NCBI GenBank assembly: GCA_048381755.1
Contig: JBLXGS010000017.1
Location: 61,554 to 125,553, forward strand
DNA: 64,000 nt
Reading direction: 5' to 3'
From: Roseobacteraceae bacterium
GTDB taxonomy: Bacteria; Pseudomonadota; Alphaproteobacteria; Rhodobacterales; Rhodobacteraceae
Made by a program: the position numbers and the translations under genes
Part shown: positions 17,758-27,063 of the stretch, piece by piece
How the letters are laid out: each line of letters opens with the position of its first letter
Position numbering within the stretch: the stretch's first letter is position 1
The notes under the pieces: generated by a model
Told to the model about the DNA's origin: nothing
Databases searched by the model: none
The model's input: the letters and a program-made list of their open reading frames with translations, nothing else

Positions 17758-18939
17758 CTATTGCGCGGCCTTGACCGCTGCCGGCTGGCCTGCGGCGGCA
17801 ATCGCCGCGGTCAGGTCGGCCCAGAGCGCCTCGGTGCCCTCGAGCCCGATGTGCAGCCGGACCGAGCGCGAGGAGATGCCGAATTCATGGGCCGAGTTGG
17901 GTCTGGCCTTCTGTTCGAGCACGACGTCTCCTGGGACCACGAGGCTCTCGTGTCCGCCCCAGCTCACGCCGAGCTTGAACAGCTCGAGCGCATCGCAGAA
18001 GCGGCGCAGGTCGATCCCTTCGCGGAAGATGAATGAGAACAGCCCGGTGGTGCCGCGCAGCCCCGCTGGCAGCGGCGCGAGGCCGGGGTGCATGACCGTC
18101 TCGACCACGTCGAGCGCAGCCAGGCGTCGGGCGATCTCCAGCGCGCTGTCCTGATGCGCCGCGACGCGCAGCGGCAGGGTGCGCAGCCCGCGCAGCAGCA
18201 GCCAGGCGTCCATCGGGGCTATGCGCCCGCCGAGATAGGGGTAAATCTCGCTCCGAACCCGGTCGACATTTTCCTTGGAGCCGGCAATCACCCCCGCCAC
18301 CACGTCGCTGTGCCCGCCGATGTATTTCGACGCCGAGTGCACCACCAGATCGACGCCGAGCTCGATCGGGTTCTGGAAGACCGGCGTCGCCCAGCTGTTG
18401 TCAATCACCGAGAAGACGCCGTGGCGCTTGGCGGCGGCGGCCAGCGCGCCCACATCGAGCGGCTCCATAACCCAGCTCGTCGGGCTTTCGAGGTAAAGCA
18501 GTTTCGCCCCCGGCAGCGCAGCCTCGACCGCCTCGGGGTCGGTGCCATCGATGTAATCGACGGTGATCCCCATGCGCGGCAGGTAGGTGCCGAACAGCCG
18601 GAAGGCATCGGGGTAGACGTTGCGCACCGCCACCACCCGGTCGCCGGGGGCGACATTGCTCAGCACCGAGGCCGAGATCGCCGCCATGCCCGAGGCGAAG
18701 GCCAGCGCGTCCTCGGCCTTTTCCAGCTGCGCCAGCTTTTCCTCGAAGGCGCGGACGGTGGGGTTGAGGCCGCGGCTGTAGATCGGCCGGGTGACCTCGC
18801 CGCGATAGGCGGCGATCATCTCGTCGTAGCTGCCGAAGGTGAAGAGCGAGGTCTGCACGATCGGCGGCACGACGGCGTCGAGGATGCTGTCGCGGTCGTG
18901 GGCGGCGATCAGCCGGGCGGCCTCGTAAAGGTCGTTCAT
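17758..18939 (-). CDS. PLP-dependent trans-sulfuration family enzyme (cystathionine beta-lyase / gamma-synthase / methionine gamma-lyase-like)
   Basis: 393 aa with the family's PLP-lysine motif HSASKYIGGHSDV and the overall Cys/Met-metabolism PLP enzyme layout. Confidence 0.8.
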   Translation of the reverse strand: MNDLYEAARLIAAHDRDSILDAVVPPIVQTSLFTFGSYDEMIAAYRGEVTRPIYSRGLNPTVRAFEEKLAQLEKAEDALAFASGMAAISASVLSNVAPGDRVVAVRNVYPDAFRLFGTYLPRMGITVDYIDGTDPEAVEAALPGAKLLYLESPTSWVMEPLDVGALAAAAKRHGVFSVIDNSWATPVFQNPIELGVDLVVHSASKYIGGHSDVVAGVIAGSKENVDRVRSEIYPYLGGRIAPMDAWLLLRGLRTLPLRVAAHQDSALEIARRLAALDVVETVMHPGLAPLPAGLRGTTGLFSFIFREGIDLRRFCDALELFKLGVSWGGHESLVVPGDVVLEQKARPNSAHEFGISSRSVRLHIGLEGTEALWADLTAAIAAAGQPAAVKAAQ

Positions 18940-19670
18940 GGGCGCATGTTCCTGATGTCCTCCTCGACAACGTCGAGGATCTTGCGTGTTTCTTCCGCCG
19001 CCGCCGCGGTGTCTCCGGCGCAGATCGCGTCGAAGAGGGTGCGGTGATACGGGAAGGAGCGGGCGGCGAAATCGGGTCGGTCGAAGGGGCGGTCCCAGAA
19101 CCGTTCGAGGATGTCGTGCATCTGTTCCAGCAGTTGCCGGAACAGCGGATTGTGCGCGGCGTCGTAGATCGTCATGTGAAAGGCGAAATCGGCCTTGCCG
19201 CTGCCGCCTTCTCGGTGGTGCGTGCGCTCCATCTCGTCGAGCGCCGCCTCCATGCGCTGGATGTCCTCGTCGGTGCGGCGGCGGGCCGCGGCGACGGAGG
19301 CCTCGATCTCGATGCCGCGCCGCACCTCCAGCGTCATCAGCAGCGCCTCGGCCAGCCCGTCTGCCGAAAGGCTGAGCGGCATGTAGACCGTCTCCGCCGA
19401 GATTTGCCGCAGCAGGTAGGTGCCCGAGCCGATCCGCGCCTCGACAATGCCGAGCGCAGAGAGCTGGCTGACCGCTTCGCGGAGGCTTGATCGTCCGACC
19501 TTCAGCGCGGCGGTCAGCTCGCGCTCGGGCGGCAGCCGGTCGCCGGGCTGGAGGTTCTTCTGTGCAATGTAGCGCGCCAGGACGTCCATGATCTGGCGGC
19601 TCCGCCCGAGGGGAGGCAACGCGGAAAGCGCATCATCGGGGGCGTCTGCGGGGGGAGGAGTGTCGGTCAT
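18936..19670 (-). CDS. GntR family transcriptional regulator, FadR subfamily (FCD domain)
   Basis: wHTH PGDRLPPERELTAALKVGRSSLREAVSQLSALGIVEARIGSGTYL plus a helical FCD-type C-terminus. ATGA overlap with the PLP enzyme gene. The alternative start at Met28 (19589) cannot be excluded. Confidence 0.85.
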   Translation of the reverse strand: MTDTPPPADAPDDALSALPPLGRSRQIMDVLARYIAQKNLQPGDRLPPERELTAALKVGRSSLREAVSQLSALGIVEARIGSGTYLLRQISAETVYMPLSLSADGLAEALLMTLEVRRGIEIEASVAAARRRTDEDIQRMEAALDEMERTHHREGGSGKADFAFHMTIYDAAHNPLFRQLLEQMHDILERFWDRPFDRPDFAARSFPYHRTLFDAICAGDTAAAAEETRKILDVVEEDIRNMRP

Positions 19671-19692
19671 ATTGGTAATAGGTCAGACCAAT
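19671..19692. promoter_or_regulatory. Candidate FadR-type operator next to the regulator start codon
   Basis: ATTGGTaataGGTCAGACCAAT: an outer inverted repeat ATTGGT/ACCAAT encloses the palindrome GGTC-A-GACC (19681-19689). As I recall it, this resembles the GGTC-N-GACC core of the E. coli FadR operator. Confidence 0.4.
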
Positions 19693-20280
19693 TTGAGTCG
19701 CGCAACAGTTTTTGCATTCTGGCCAGTGTCCGCATGGACGGCCGGCGGCCCGCGCAGAACGCGACCTGAAGAGATCCTGCCAGAGCGATCAAGCGTCTAC
19801 GTTGTCCGGTCGGTGCAGGACAATCTGGCGCGCTACCGGAACGACCTGTGGAAATCGGGCCTTGCCCACGAACCGGAGCGGGCTCGCTCTGAGAATAGGG
19901 CGACGGTGTCCCGCGCATGGTCTTGGCCATCGGGGCAGCGCAGGCCCGCCGCGCAAGGGCTCGCGTCACCGCGATCACTTGGAGAATGTACTGACGAGCT
20001 TCGGACTCTGGATGGTGCGGGACCGAGTGCCGCGAAAGGTCCAGGCGAAACCGACCTTCGCTGGCAGCGCGCTCGCACGCCTACCGCAAATGGTTTGGTC
20101 TTGTCGGAGCCGGAACATAATGCGCCGGCACCGGAGACCTTCAGTCCATTAGATTGGAGGCCGACGATGGCTGAGCATTTACCCTGAATCACTCGCTGAG
20201 GTCGGCGCACGCCGCCTAAGATCGAAGCACCTGTTCTCGCATAAACGGCTGGGCGGGCAAACCAGATATCAGAGGTCTGC

Positions 20281-21030
20281 TTACTCTCCCGACGATGGCG
20301 TTCCCCATGACGTCTGCCGCCTGAGCGACATGCTGTATTCGAAGCGATCGCCCGGGTGGGTACTGGCGCTGACGTAGACCACTTTGCCTGCGGAAACATA
20401 GCGGCGTATGATCTCGAGCGCCGGTGCCCCGGTGGTGGCCGACAGCGCCTCTGCAATGGTCGCTGACAGGATGGCAGGGCGGATGATTTGCTGGACCTCG
20501 TCCACCACGACCCCAAAGGTCTTGCCGATCAGATCGGCGATCAGTCCTGGATGGCCATCGATCTGTTCGATGATCTGCTCGTAGGCCGGGTCGATGAAGT
20601 TCTCGGTCCAGCAGATCGGAGTCGCCTCTTGTCCCGGCTCCGAGCGGATCACCGAGACGCAAAGCCAGGTCTGGCCGGCCCGACATTTTAGTCTCGCTGC
20701 CAGCACATCGTCTGCCACGACCCGTGTTACGCCGCGGACGCTCCGCTTCGTGGCGGCGCCGAAATGGGCGAGCTGCTCCAGAGAGGTGGTAGAGGCGTCG
20801 TAGCCCCCGGGGCTGGCCATGGCGACGCGGGTGCCGACACCTTTCTGGCGGGTCACCAGACCCAGTGCGACCAGCCGCGCAATGGCGGAACGAACGGTAT
20901 TCCGGCTGAGGCCACGAGCCTCGGCGATTTCCATCTCGGTCGGAAGCAAACTGCCCACGGGATAGGTGCCATCGCGAATCTGGCAGACCAGTTCGTCGGA
21001 CAGTTCGGCGTATCTCGGTCGCGTGCCCAT
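20281..21030 (-). CDS. GntR family transcriptional regulator, HutC subfamily (UTRA domain)
   Basis: Start at ATG 21030 (Met74 of the track ORF), preceded by AGGAGA. wHTH LPTEMEIAEARGLSRNTVRSAIARLVALGLVTRQKGVGTRV, with a UTRA-like C-terminus. Confidence 0.85.
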   Translation of the reverse strand: MGTRPRYAELSDELVCQIRDGTYPVGSLLPTEMEIAEARGLSRNTVRSAIARLVALGLVTRQKGVGTRVAMASPGGYDASTTSLEQLAHFGAATKRSVRGVTRVVADDVLAARLKCRAGQTWLCVSVIRSEPGQEATPICWTENFIDPAYEQIIEQIDGHPGLIADLIGKTFGVVVDEVQQIIRPAILSATIAEALSATTGAPALEIIRRYVSAGKVVYVSASTHPGDRFEYSMSLRRQTSWGTPSSGE

Positions 21031-21089
21031 GGGTTTCTCCTTTGAGTTCCGGAGTTTGTCAGAAGGGTTGACGGCCTTCAATTTCAGAA

Positions 21090-21125
21090 AGTATGTAGGT
21101 ACAAACTTTCTTGTACCTACATACT
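21090..21125. promoter_or_regulatory. Perfect 15-bp inverted repeat; candidate HutC-type operator in a divergent promoter
   Basis: AGTATGTAGGTACAA (21090-21104), a 6-nt spacer, then TTGTACCTACATACT (21111-21125). Each arm contains TGTA-NN-TACA. It lies between the regulator start (21030) and the TRAP permease start (21140). Confidence 0.6.
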
Positions 21126-21139
21126 CCAGGGAGGAGCTC

Positions 21140-23251
21140 ATGACCACAGGTGCGGACGACCCCCTTGCCGGGACTCCGGCAGAGGAGGCGGAGAAGTTCG
21201 ACTTTGGTGCAGCGCTGCGCGAGTTGAACGGCTGGCAGAAGTCAGCCATCGCGACTCTCTGCGTGCTTTACGCGGCTTTCCACCTTGCGGTGCTGAACTT
21301 CGTGCAACTCGACGCCTGGGTCTTTCGGGCGCTGCACGTCAACATTGCCGCGGTCATTGCCTTCTCGCTCTACGCGCCCTTCGGACGCAACGCCGGCCAT
21401 AGAATTCCGCTGTTCGACATCGCGTTGTCGCTCGTGGCGCTCGGCGCATCGGCCTACATCTGGTGGAACCTGCAGGGGCTGATCCTGCGTACAGGCGTGC
21501 TGATGACGCCGACCGATGTGGTTGTGGCAACGGCAGGTATCGTCGTGGTGATCGAGTTTACCCGCCGGACTGCGGGGCTCGCCCTGCCGGTCCTCGCAAG
21601 CATCTTCGTGCTTTACGGCTTCATCGGCCCCTGGTTGCCAGGTGTGCTCTACCATCGCGGCTACGGCTTCGGCGAGTTCACCACCTTCGTCTACTCGATG
21701 GAGGGCATTTTCGGCATCACCACCGCCGCTGCGGCGCTCTACATCGTGCTCTTCGTTCTCTTCGCGGCCTTTCTTCAGGTCTCGCAGGTCGGGGATTTCT
21801 TCATGAACCTAGCCTTCGGAGCCTTTGGCCAACTTCGCGGCGGTCCTGCCAAGGTTTCCCTGTTCGGTTCGGTCCTCTTCGGGATGATTTCCGGCTCGGG
21901 GGTTGCGAATGTCGTGGCCTCGGGGACCTTCACGATCCCAGTGATGAAGCGCGTCGGCTACCGCCCGACCAGCGCCGGGGCGATCGAGGCCGCCGCCTCG
22001 ACCGGCGGTCAGCTGACGCCGCCGATCATGGGGGCAGGGGCCTTCATCATGGCCGAGGTCACCGGCATACCCTACACCACGATCATCACCGCGGCGCTAA
22101 TTCCCTGCGTGCTCTACTACCTCGCAGTCTATGTGCACATCGATCTCGAGGCGCGCAAGGAAGGCATTGAGGGCCTGCCGCGCTCGGAACTTCCTGCGCT
22201 GCGCCCAATGGCGCGCGACGCCTTCGTGCTCGCGCCGCTGGTGCTGCTGATCATCTTCCTCGTCGCGGGATATTCAATCATCTCTGCGGGGTCCTGGGGC
22301 ATCGCCACGGCGGTCGTCGTGATGCTGCAGAAGCGGCTCGGCGTGGACAGCCGGCTGCTTGCCGTGCCGATCCTGTCGGTGCTTGCGACGATCACATTGC
22401 AGCCCGACCTGCCCGCGAACCTGCATGGGGGCATCGCGACCGCAGCCGGCTTTGCCACCGTTCTGATCGCGGCACTGGTGTCCAACCGCGCAGCTATCCT
22501 CCCGGCATTGACGGGAGCCGCCAAGGATGTCGCCGAGGCGCTGGCGATCGGCAGTCGCCAGACCCTGCAACTTGCGGCGGTCTGCGCCTGTGCGGGCATT
22601 GTCGTCGGCGTCATCGGGCTGACCGGACTTGGCGGACGGTTCTCTTCGCTGCTGCTCGACGTGGCGGGTCAGAGCGAGTTTCTTGCGCTTGTCTTTGCCA
22701 TGCTGATTGCGCTCATCCTTGGAATGGGCATGCCGACCACGGCGGCCTATGCCATCGCGGCAAGTGTGGTTGCTCCGGCGCTGCAGCGCATGGGATTGGG
22801 CGTTCTGCCGGTGCACCTCTTCATCTTCTATTTCGCGGTGATCTCGACGATCACGCCACCGATCGCACTCTCGGCCTTTGCCGGTGCGGCGCTGGCAGGG
22901 GGCGATCCGTGGAAGACCTCCTTCAAGGCGGTGCGCTACGGGTTGGCAGCCTTCATCGTGCCCTTCCTGTTCATCCATAATCAAGGCGTGCTGCTCGAAG
23001 GCTCGCTCTTCGAGATCACCCGCACCACGGTGACTGCCGTTCTAGGGGTCTGGGCGCTTGCGACGGCAAGCGAAGGCTGGCTGGCCGGACGTCTGCCCTC
23101 GCTGTTCCGTATTGGCTTCGTGGTTGCCGCGCTGCTGCTGATCGCGGGTGATTTCTACACCGACATCGGCGGCATTGTTCTCGGCGGCGCGCTGGTCGCC
23201 CTGAGACTGGCCGGTCCGCGGGCTCTGCGCGGGGCCGTGAACGAGAACTAA
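21140..23251 (+). CDS. TRAP transporter fused permease, TAXI type
   Basis: About 700-aa polytopic membrane protein directly followed by a TAXI binding protein. Start at ATG 21140, preceded by GGGAGGAG. The upstream part of the 761-aa track ORF runs through the promoter and the regulator gene. Confidence 0.85.
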   Translation: MTTGADDPLAGTPAEEAEKFDFGAALRELNGWQKSAIATLCVLYAAFHLAVLNFVQLDAWVFRALHVNIAAVIAFSLYAPFGRNAGHRIPLFDIALSLVALGASAYIWWNLQGLILRTGVLMTPTDVVVATAGIVVVIEFTRRTAGLALPVLASIFVLYGFIGPWLPGVLYHRGYGFGEFTTFVYSMEGIFGITTAAAALYIVLFVLFAAFLQVSQVGDFFMNLAFGAFGQLRGGPAKVSLFGSVLFGMISGSGVANVVASGTFTIPVMKRVGYRPTSAGAIEAAASTGGQLTPPIMGAGAFIMAEVTGIPYTTIITAALIPCVLYYLAVYVHIDLEARKEGIEGLPRSELPALRPMARDAFVLAPLVLLIIFLVAGYSIISAGSWGIATAVVVMLQKRLGVDSRLLAVPILSVLATITLQPDLPANLHGGIATAAGFATVLIAALVSNRAAILPALTGAAKDVAEALAIGSRQTLQLAAVCACAGIVVGVIGLTGLGGRFSSLLLDVAGQSEFLALVFAMLIALILGMGMPTTAAYAIAASVVAPALQRMGLGVLPVHLFIFYFAVISTITPPIALSAFAGAALAGGDPWKTSFKAVRYGLAAFIVPFLFIHNQGVLLEGSLFEITRTTVTAVLGVWALATASEGWLAGRLPSLFRIGFVVAALLLIAGDFYTDIGGIVLGGALVALRLAGPRALRGAVNEN

Positions 23252-23295
23252 TCCCACCGATACCATCCCGAATTCTGATCCTAGAGGAGGAAACC

Positions 23296-24288
23296 ATGAT
23301 CAGACGTCACTTCATTGCACTGGCCGTCACGGCCATCGCCGCCAGCGCAGCGCAGGCACAGGATCTCGACAAGTCCGACTGGCCGAACACGGTCGTCGTC
23401 GGCACCGCATCGCCGGGTGGCACCCATGCCATCTATGGTCAAGGCATCGCGAGCCTGATCTCCGCTCATGTCGGCGTGTCGGCGTCGACGCAGCAGACGC
23501 AGGGGCCGACCCAGAACCTCGTCTTGGTGCACGGCGACCGGGTAGACATCGGCCTCACCACCATGGGGCCTGCCTACGAAGCGATGCAGGGGGAGCTCGA
23601 CCTCGACCCGGGCAACAAGTACTCGGACATCCGCGCGCTGTTCCCTATGTATGTGACCCCGTTCCAGGCGGCGGCGCTGGAGCGCAGCGGCATCACCTCG
23701 CTGGCCGACCTTGACGGGCGGACCGTCGGGGCAGGGCCGCGCGGCGGGACCGGCGGCACCTATTGGCCCCGCTGGTACGAGGCGCTGGGGATCTCGGTCG
23801 ACGTGCAGCACGGCCCGCTCGGCGACCAGACCTCGCAGCTCGCCGACGGTCGCCTGGATGCGGTCACGACGGCTGCCGGTCTGCCGATCGCGGCCTTCAG
23901 CGAGCTCGAGACGCTGGCCCCGACGGTTTTCTTCGGACTGTCCCCGGAGCAGATCGAGACGCTGAAGCCGACGGTTCCCTACGCGCAGTCCTACACCATC
24001 CCCGCCGGAACCTATTCGGCGCAGGACAAAGACATCGAGACACTTGCCATGTGGAACGTGGCTTTCACCAACGAGCGCATGTCGGAAAGCCTCGCCTACG
24101 AGATCGTCAAGGCGGTGTTCGAGAACCACGACGAGATGGTCGCGACCCACGCGTCTGCCAAGGAAACGCTACTCGAGAACGTCACTGCGAATACCTTCAT
24201 GCCCTACCACCCGGGCGCAGTGCGTTACTATCGCGAGCAGGGTATCGAGCTGCCCGAAGCGATCGTGCCGGCAGAAATGGCGAAGTGA
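23296..24288 (+). CDS. TAXI family TRAP transporter solute-binding protein
   Basis: Signal peptide MIRRHFIALAVTAIAASAAQA and the TAXI-like segment VVVGTASPGGTHAIYGQGIASLI, about 330 aa. SD GAGGAGGA. Confidence 0.85.
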   Translation: MIRRHFIALAVTAIAASAAQAQDLDKSDWPNTVVVGTASPGGTHAIYGQGIASLISAHVGVSASTQQTQGPTQNLVLVHGDRVDIGLTTMGPAYEAMQGELDLDPGNKYSDIRALFPMYVTPFQAAALERSGITSLADLDGRTVGAGPRGGTGGTYWPRWYEALGISVDVQHGPLGDQTSQLADGRLDAVTTAAGLPIAAFSELETLAPTVFFGLSPEQIETLKPTVPYAQSYTIPAGTYSAQDKDIETLAMWNVAFTNERMSESLAYEIVKAVFENHDEMVATHASAKETLLENVTANTFMPYHPGAVRYYREQGIELPEAIVPAEMAK

Positions 24289-24295
24289 GTTGACG

Positions 24296-25651
24296 ATGAC
24301 GACATTCCCGGCCCGGGTTTCGGCGATCGACTCTCCAATCTATGGTCGCAGCTTCGCTGATGACGAGATGCGCGCCATCTTTTCCAGTGACGCCTTCATC
24401 GCGCGCTGCGTCGAGACAGAGGTCGCTCTGGCGCAGGTGCAGGCCCGGCTGGGCATGATACCGAAGGAGGCGGCCGAGGGCATCTCGGCCGCCGCCACAA
24501 GCTGCACCTTCGATGCCGAGAAACTGCGGGACGAAACGGAGATCGTTGGCTACCCGATCCTGCCCATCGTAGAGCAGCTCGCGGAACACGCAGGCGACTC
24601 CGGTCGCTTCCTGCACTGGGGCGCGACCACGCAGGACATAATGGATACCGCCACCGTGCTGCAGATGCGGGCGGGTGTCTCACTGGTCTCGACGCGTGTC
24701 GAACGGGTGCGCAAGGCGCTGGCAGTTCTGGCCGAGGCGCATCGCGACACTCCGATGGCCGGGCGCACGCACCTGCAGCACGCCCTGCCGATCACCTTTG
24801 GATACAAGGCTGCGGTCTGGCTGTCCTCCCTCGACCGGCACGCAGAACGGCTGCAGCAGCTGGCGCCGCGGCTGCTGGTCGTCGAATTTTCGGGGGCGTC
24901 CGGCACGCTTGCCTCGCTGGGCGATCGCGGCCTGGAGGTCCAGGCCGGGCTCGCCGAGGAACTTGACCTAGGCCAGCCCGCGATCACCTGGCATTCGGCG
25001 CGCGACGCGGTTGCCGAGGCGGTTCAGCTTTTGGCTCTGATCAGCGGCAGCCTCGCGAAGATCGCCTTCGATATCTCAGTGATGATGACGACCGAGCTTG
25101 GCGAGGTCTCCGAGCCTTTCGTCCGGCACCGTGGTGCCTCGAGCACCATGCCGCAGAAACAGAACCCGGTATCCTGCGAGTTGATCCTCGCGGCTTCCAA
25201 GCTGGTGCGCAATCATGCCACCTCCATGCTCGACGCCATGGTGCATGATTTCGAGCGGGCGACCGGGCCGTGGCACTTGGAATGGTCCGCCGTGCCCGAG
25301 GCCTTTGCTCTGACCTCCGGGGCGCTGGCGCAGGCCGAATTCATGCTGGGCGGGCTGCAGGTGAACAGTGCCAATATGGCGCGCAACCTCGGCCATTCGC
25401 AGGGGCTGATCGTCGCCGAGGCGGTGATGATGGCACTTGCTCCGCACACCGGGCGCAAGGAAGCCCATGACATCGTCTATCTCGGCTGCCGGCGCACGGT
25501 GGAAGAGGGGGGCAGTCTCTTAGATGCGCTCTGCGCCATGCCGGAGGTGGTCGACGTGCTGGGCCGCGACGCGCTGGCGCGTCTCACCGATCCCGCGAAT
25601 TACCTCGGCTGCGCGCCAGCCATGGTCGACAGACTACTGGCGGCACGATGA
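24296..25651 (+). CDS. Aspartase/fumarase-superfamily lyase, adenylosuccinate lyase / 3-carboxy-cis,cis-muconate cycloisomerase (PcaB)-like
   Basis: WGATTQDIMDT, GRTHLQHALPITFG, and the signature loop GASSTMPQKQNPVSCE. Start at ATG 24296, 8 nt after the SBP stop; the 535-aa track ORF is an upstream extension. Confidence 0.8.
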   Translation: MTTFPARVSAIDSPIYGRSFADDEMRAIFSSDAFIARCVETEVALAQVQARLGMIPKEAAEGISAAATSCTFDAEKLRDETEIVGYPILPIVEQLAEHAGDSGRFLHWGATTQDIMDTATVLQMRAGVSLVSTRVERVRKALAVLAEAHRDTPMAGRTHLQHALPITFGYKAAVWLSSLDRHAERLQQLAPRLLVVEFSGASGTLASLGDRGLEVQAGLAEELDLGQPAITWHSARDAVAEAVQLLALISGSLAKIAFDISVMMTTELGEVSEPFVRHRGASSTMPQKQNPVSCELILAASKLVRNHATSMLDAMVHDFERATGPWHLEWSAVPEAFALTSGALAQAEFMLGGLQVNSANMARNLGHSQGLIVAEAVMMALAPHTGRKEAHDIVYLGCRRTVEEGGSLLDALCAMPEVVDVLGRDALARLTDPANYLGCAPAMVDRLLAAR

Positions 25652-27063
25652 CAGCAAGGTTCGAAAGTGATGCGTTCGGTGAGGTTGCCATACCCGGAGA
25701 CCGGCTTTGGGGCGCTCAGACGCAGCGCGCGATCGCGGTCTTCGGCACCGATGGACCTCGTTTGCCGCAGAGGGTGATCCGCGCGTTCGGGCTGCAGAAG
25801 GCGGCGGCCGCTCGGGCGAACGGGGCGCTCGGCACCCTAGACGAGGCACGCGCCGCGCTCATCGTCACGGCGGCGGACGACTTGGCGCGGGGTGAGTATG
25901 CCGACCAGTTTCCGTTGCCGGTCTGGCAGACGGGTAGCGGCACCCAGACGAACATGACCGCGAACGAAGTGATTGCCAATTGCGCCAACTTGGCCGCGGG
26001 ATCCGGGCTCGGCACGCGCAGCCCCGTGCACCCGAATGATCATGTCAATCGCAGCCAATCGTCCAACGACAGCTTCCCGACGGTGATGCATATCGCCGCA
26101 GTCCTGGCGACGCATGAGCTTCTCGTGCCTGCCGCAAGGCAGTTCGCCGCGACACTGCAGGACCGGGCAGAAGCCTTTGCTGGTCGGGTCCGGCTTGGCC
26201 GGACGCATCTCAACGATGCAGTTCCGGTACCGATGAGCCAAGGATTTCTTGCCGCGCGGCGGGTGGTGGATCGTGCGATCGGCCGGATTTCCCGTGCGGC
26301 CGACGATCTGCTCGAACTGCCGCAGGGTGGAACCGCGGCGGGCAGTGGGCTGAACGCGCCAGTTCGCTTCGACGATGTATTCTGTTCCGAACTCGCGAGG
26401 GCAACGGGGATGCACTTCCGACCGAGCCCGGTGAAGGTGGAGGCAATGGCGGGCCACGACGCACTGCTGGCACTCTCGGCGGCCTGCGACGGGCTTGCGG
26501 TGGAGCTGACGCGGTTCCTTACCGATCTTCGGCTGCTTGCCTCCGGACCGAGCGCCGGACTGGGCGAACTCCGCCTGCCGGACGACGGGCTGACCTCGTC
26601 GATCATGCCCGGCAAGCGCAATGCGACGCTGGCCGAGGCGCTGCTTCAGGTGTGCCACGCGGTGGCAGGACGGCACGTCACGGTCTCGCGCGCCGCCGCT
26701 GCCGGCAATTTCGATCTGAATGTCGCCAAGCCCGTTCTTATCGCGTCCCTGCTCGAGAGCATCGAGACGCTGGCGGACGGGATGACACGGTTTTCCGGGC
26801 AATGCCTTCGCGGGATCGAAGCTGATCCTGTGCGGATCTCCGAGAATATCGAACGCTCGATGATGGCGGCGACCGCGCTCACCCCGATCTTCGGCTACGA
26901 CCGCATCGCCGCATTGATCCGGCGTGCGGAACGCCACGGAAGCACGCTGCGCGACGCCTGCATGAACGAGGGCCTGCTGACCGCGGACCGCTATGACGAG
27001 ATCGTAAACCCCGAACGCATGGCCAAGGGCGGCCTGACCGAGACAATCGGAGACACTGCATGA
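25648..27063 (+). CDS. Class II fumarate hydratase / aspartate ammonia-lyase family protein with a divergent signature loop
   Basis: LWGAQTQRA, TGSGTQTNMTANEVIAN and HPNDHVNRSQSSNDSFPT are FumC-like. The SS-loop reads TSSIMPGKRNATLAEA, where I recall GSSIMPGKVNPTQCEA. ATGA overlap with the upstream lyase. Confidence 0.8.
   Translation: MTARFESDAFGEVAIPGDRLWGAQTQRAIAVFGTDGPRLPQRVIRAFGLQKAAAARANGALGTLDEARAALIVTAADDLARGEYADQFPLPVWQTGSGTQTNMTANEVIANCANLAAGSGLGTRSPVHPNDHVNRSQSSNDSFPTVMHIAAVLATHELLVPAARQFAATLQDRAEAFAGRVRLGRTHLNDAVPVPMSQGFLAARRVVDRAIGRISRAADDLLELPQGGTAAGSGLNAPVRFDDVFCSELARATGMHFRPSPVKVEAMAGHDALLALSAACDGLAVELTRFLTDLRLLASGPSAGLGELRLPDDGLTSSIMPGKRNATLAEALLQVCHAVAGRHVTVSRAAAAGNFDLNVAKPVLIASLLESIETLADGMTRFSGQCLRGIEADPVRISENIERSMMAATALTPIFGYDRIAALIRRAERHGSTLRDACMNEGLLTADRYDEIVNPERMAKGGLTETIGDTA

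Noticed and set aside
19588-20187. A 199-aa plus-strand ORF, with overlapping ORFs, in the 600-bp gap.
   Set aside because: It starts inside the GntR gene on the opposite strand. It is Arg/Ser/Pro-rich, with no motif and no SD.
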